A DNA stretch of 64,000 bases from assembly GCA_044344255.1 (NCBI GenBank), contig JBIJDH010000004.1:128001-192000 (forward strand), given 5' to 3'. Made by a program: the position numbers and the translations under genes. A model generated the notes under the pieces. That model had not been told where the DNA came from. It made no database searches and was given only the letters and a program-made list of their open reading frames with translations. Origin of the DNA: Myxococcota bacterium. GTDB taxonomy: Bacteria > Myxococcota_A > UBA796 > UBA2385. Below are positions 61,731-64,000 of the stretch, one piece after another. Numbering within the stretch: position 1 is the first letter of the stretch; each line of letters starts with the position of its first letter.

Positions 61731-63212
61731 TCAGTCGGGCCAGACCACCGTCGTCATCGCGGCCTCGAGCGCCGCGCGAAAGGCCCGGCGTCGAGGGAAA
61801 CGGCGGGCGAGGGCGACGGGGAAGGCCCGGGCCTCGTCGGGCTCCCCGGCGGCGGCCGCGGCCTCGGACCAGGCGGCGGCGAATTGGGCGACGCGGGCGT
61901 AGTCCTGGCCGACGCTGACCGTGCCATCGGCGCCGCGGATGAGCTCGTGGTGGGCCTGGGCGCGGAACCAGGCGGCGTCGGCCCGCCATCCGGGGTGGCG
62001 GGCGGCCACCGCGGCGAGCACGGAGGCTGGCTCCGCCTCCCGCTCGGACCAGGTCGGCCGCTCCGATCGGGGAAAGCCTAGGCGGGCGGCGCGCTCGATG
62101 GCTCCGCCGGCCGGGGGCGCCTGGCCGCCGAGCGCGAGGACCATCAGCGCGGCGAGCACCGGGGCGAAGGGGTGCTCGGGATCGGCGGCGTGGCGCGGAT
62201 CGGCCCCCTGCAGGCGCGCGAGGGCCACCTCGATCTCCCCGGCCAGCACCTCGAGCTGCACGAGGGTGTGCTGGTCGTCCTCCTCCTCGTAGGCCTGCGC
62301 CAGCGCCGCGCGCAGCGCCTCGGGCTCGGCGGCCGCGGCCATGCGGAGCAGGCGGTCGGCGGTCGGCGCGGCCTCCCAGGCCCGCCTCCGCGCCTCGGCC
62401 TCTCCTTCGGCGCCGGTCGACCAGCAAAGCGCGGCGAGGCGGTCGGCGAAGAGCGCGCGGGATCCCCAAGATTCGGCGTCTCGCTCCGCGGCCGCGGCGG
62501 CCTCCCGGGCCTCCGCCGCGCGGTCGCTGGCGACGAGGCCGGCGATGAGCTCGAGGTGGAGGTCGGGGAGGGCGCGGCCGGCTCGGGCGGCGATGGAGCG
62601 GAGCTCGGCGATCTCCCCCTCCGCGCGGGGCAGGCCGCCGATGAGCCGGGCGCGCAGCTCTCCCCACTCCGGGCTGTCGACGGGCACCTGGAGGAGGGCC
62701 GAACGCAGGCCGCGGTGAACCTCGGCCCATCCTTCGGGCGGGACGGGGTGGGCGTCTCGGATCGCCTCGACGTGGAGCGGCAGCCCCAGCCGGGCCGCGG
62801 CGTGGAGGGCCGTCGCCACGGCGTAGCAGCGGTGGTGCGCGCGCCGGGTGGAGAGGAGCGCGCGGCACCAGGCGGCGAGGTGCTGCGGCAGGTCGGCCTC
62901 CAGGAGCGCGGCGGGGGACTCGATCCCGCCGAAGCGGTCCTCGAGCAGGCCCGGCAGCAGCGTGGCCCAGAGCGAGGCGGCCACCGCGAAGTCACCTGCC
63001 CGGAAGAGAGACAAGGCCGTCGCGAGGAGCTCGTCGTAGGCGTGGACCCAGCCCGTGTCGCTCGGCGCGGAGGCACCCCGACGCCCGCGGTCGCTCACGG
63101 GGCCCTCGAAGCTGTCCCCGCGCGGGAGGGCGCGCAGGAGGTCCCGGGCGGCGGCCACGGGGTCCGCCGGCGCTGCGCTCTGGCGCCCGCGGCGATGGGC
63201 GGGTCGATCCAC
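61731..63212 (-). CDS. Hypothetical helical-repeat protein
   Basis: Long high-GC3 ORF directly after dapB; all-alpha Ala/Leu/Arg-rich; start (GTG 63212) uncertain. Confidence 0.6.
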   Translation of the reverse strand: MDRPAHRRGRQSAAPADPVAAARDLLRALPRGDSFEGPVSDRGRRGASAPSDTGWVHAYDELLATALSLFRAGDFAVAASLWATLLPGLLEDRFGGIESPAALLEADLPQHLAAWCRALLSTRRAHHRCYAVATALHAAARLGLPLHVEAIRDAHPVPPEGWAEVHRGLRSALLQVPVDSPEWGELRARLIGGLPRAEGEIAELRSIAARAGRALPDLHLELIAGLVASDRAAEAREAAAAAERDAESWGSRALFADRLAALCWSTGAEGEAEARRRAWEAAPTADRLLRMAAAAEPEALRAALAQAYEEEDDQHTLVQLEVLAGEIEVALARLQGADPRHAADPEHPFAPVLAALMVLALGGQAPPAGGAIERAARLGFPRSERPTWSEREAEPASVLAAVAARHPGWRADAAWFRAQAHHELIRGADGTVSVGQDYARVAQFAAAWSEAAAAAGEPDEARAFPVALARRFPRRRAFRAALEAAMTTVVWPD

Positions 63213-63217
63213 CGGGC

Positions 63218-63847
63218 TCAGGGCCGGTAGAGGCCCGGCGGCTGCTGGAGCAACCATCGGGCGTGGCGCAGGGCCCCGATCGCGAAGACCTCCCGTCGGG
63301 TGGCCACGTGCTTGAGCTCGATCCGCTCTCCGGGGCCCGCCAGCCAGACGGTGTGCTCACCCACGGTGTCGCCGACCCGGAGCGCATGGGTGGGTACGGG
63401 GGCGCCGTCCGGGCGCTCGCCGATCGCGCGGAGGATGCGGAGCGCGGTCCCCGAGGGGGCGTCCTTCTTGGCGGCGTGGTGGGCCTCCACGACCTCAATT
63501 TGCCAGCCCTCGGGGAGCCGACCGACCGCGGCGGTGATGAGGTCGAGCAGCAGCGGTACGCCGATCGAGAAGTTGGCCACGATCGCGACCGGAGCGCGCG
63601 CCGCGTAGTCGGCGAGCTCGGCCTCGGGCAGGGCGCCGGTGGTGCCGACGAGCAGGGCCTCGCCGCGGAGGCGCGGCAGCAGCGCGGCGGTGCCCGCGGG
63701 GCTGCTGAGGTCGATGACGACGTCACAGTCGGGGAGCGCTCCCTCGCGGGGGACGGGCAGCCCAGGAGCGGCGCTTTCGGCTAGCTCCGCCATCACGAGG
63801 CGGCCGAGCCGCCCCGTCGCGCCGTGCACCGCGATCCGCGCGCTCAC
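63218..63847 (-). CDS. dapB: 4-hydroxy-tetrahydrodipicolinate reductase
   Basis: GATGRLG, VVIDLS, GTTG, ANFSIG, EAHHAAKKDAPSGTA. Confidence 0.94.
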   Translation of the reverse strand: MSARIAVHGATGRLGRLVMAELAESAAPGLPVPREGALPDCDVVIDLSSPAGTAALLPRLRGEALLVGTTGALPEAELADYAARAPVAIVANFSIGVPLLLDLITAAVGRLPEGWQIEVVEAHHAAKKDAPSGTALRILRAIGERPDGAPVPTHALRVGDTVGEHTVWLAGPGERIELKHVATRREVFAIGALRHARWLLQQPPGLYRP

Positions 63848-64000
63848 TCGAGGCCGGCCAGGAGGGCGGCGGACGGAGGCGTCGCGGGCGACAGCGGCAG
63901 GCGGAGCTCATTACGACACAGGCCCATCGCCGACATCATCGCCTTGACCGGCACGGGGTTCACCTCGGCGAAGAGGGCGCGCACCACCGGCATCAAGCGG
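63844..64000 (-). CDS. dapA: 4-hydroxy-tetrahydrodipicolinate synthase, C-terminal fragment
   Basis: Not in the ORF track; reads RLMPVVRALFAEVNPVPVKAMMSAMGLCRNELRLPL...GLE*; GTGA overlap with dapB. Confidence 0.9.
   Translation of the reverse strand, partial: RLMPVVRALFAEVNPVPVKAMMSAMGLCRNELRLPLSPATPPSAALLAGLE

Overview
Very GC-rich, gene-dense bacterial chromosomal window with about 55 genes. The content (many lipoproteins with D/S/G/T-rich linkers, a PEGA-type Ser/Thr kinase, an FHA-GAF-sigma54 activator, HEAT/TPR proteins) suggests Myxococcota or related deltaproteobacteria; this is inferred, not demonstrated. About 1-25 kb is an accessory region of exported proteins and lipoproteins, plus pnuC-nadR with a decayed ISAs1 element upstream. 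About 25-64 kb mixes housekeeping genes (queD, gcdH-like, surE, apt, coaE, ppsR, lon, class I fumarase, dapB, partial dapA) with signalling and glycosyltransferase genes. No rRNA, tRNA or CRISPR array was seen. The best candidates for something undescribed are: (i) two orphan AT-hook DNA-binding genes, each behind a >500-bp intergenic region with a base-paired RNA structure, one a ~170-nt rod with + strand G-U wobbles; (ii) a split vitamin-K-dependent-carboxylase-like (HTTM/SdpAB-like) gene pair; (iii) a knottin-framework mini-lipoprotein divergent from a LysR gene and followed by a 13-bp tandem array resembling the putative LysR box; (iv) a secreted Nma111/DEG7-type tandem protease; (v) a tandem radical SAM/SPASM fusion; and (vi) a GT2 gene in frame with the fumarase amber stop and lacking a canonical start. 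All family calls are from motif recognition by eye, not database searches.
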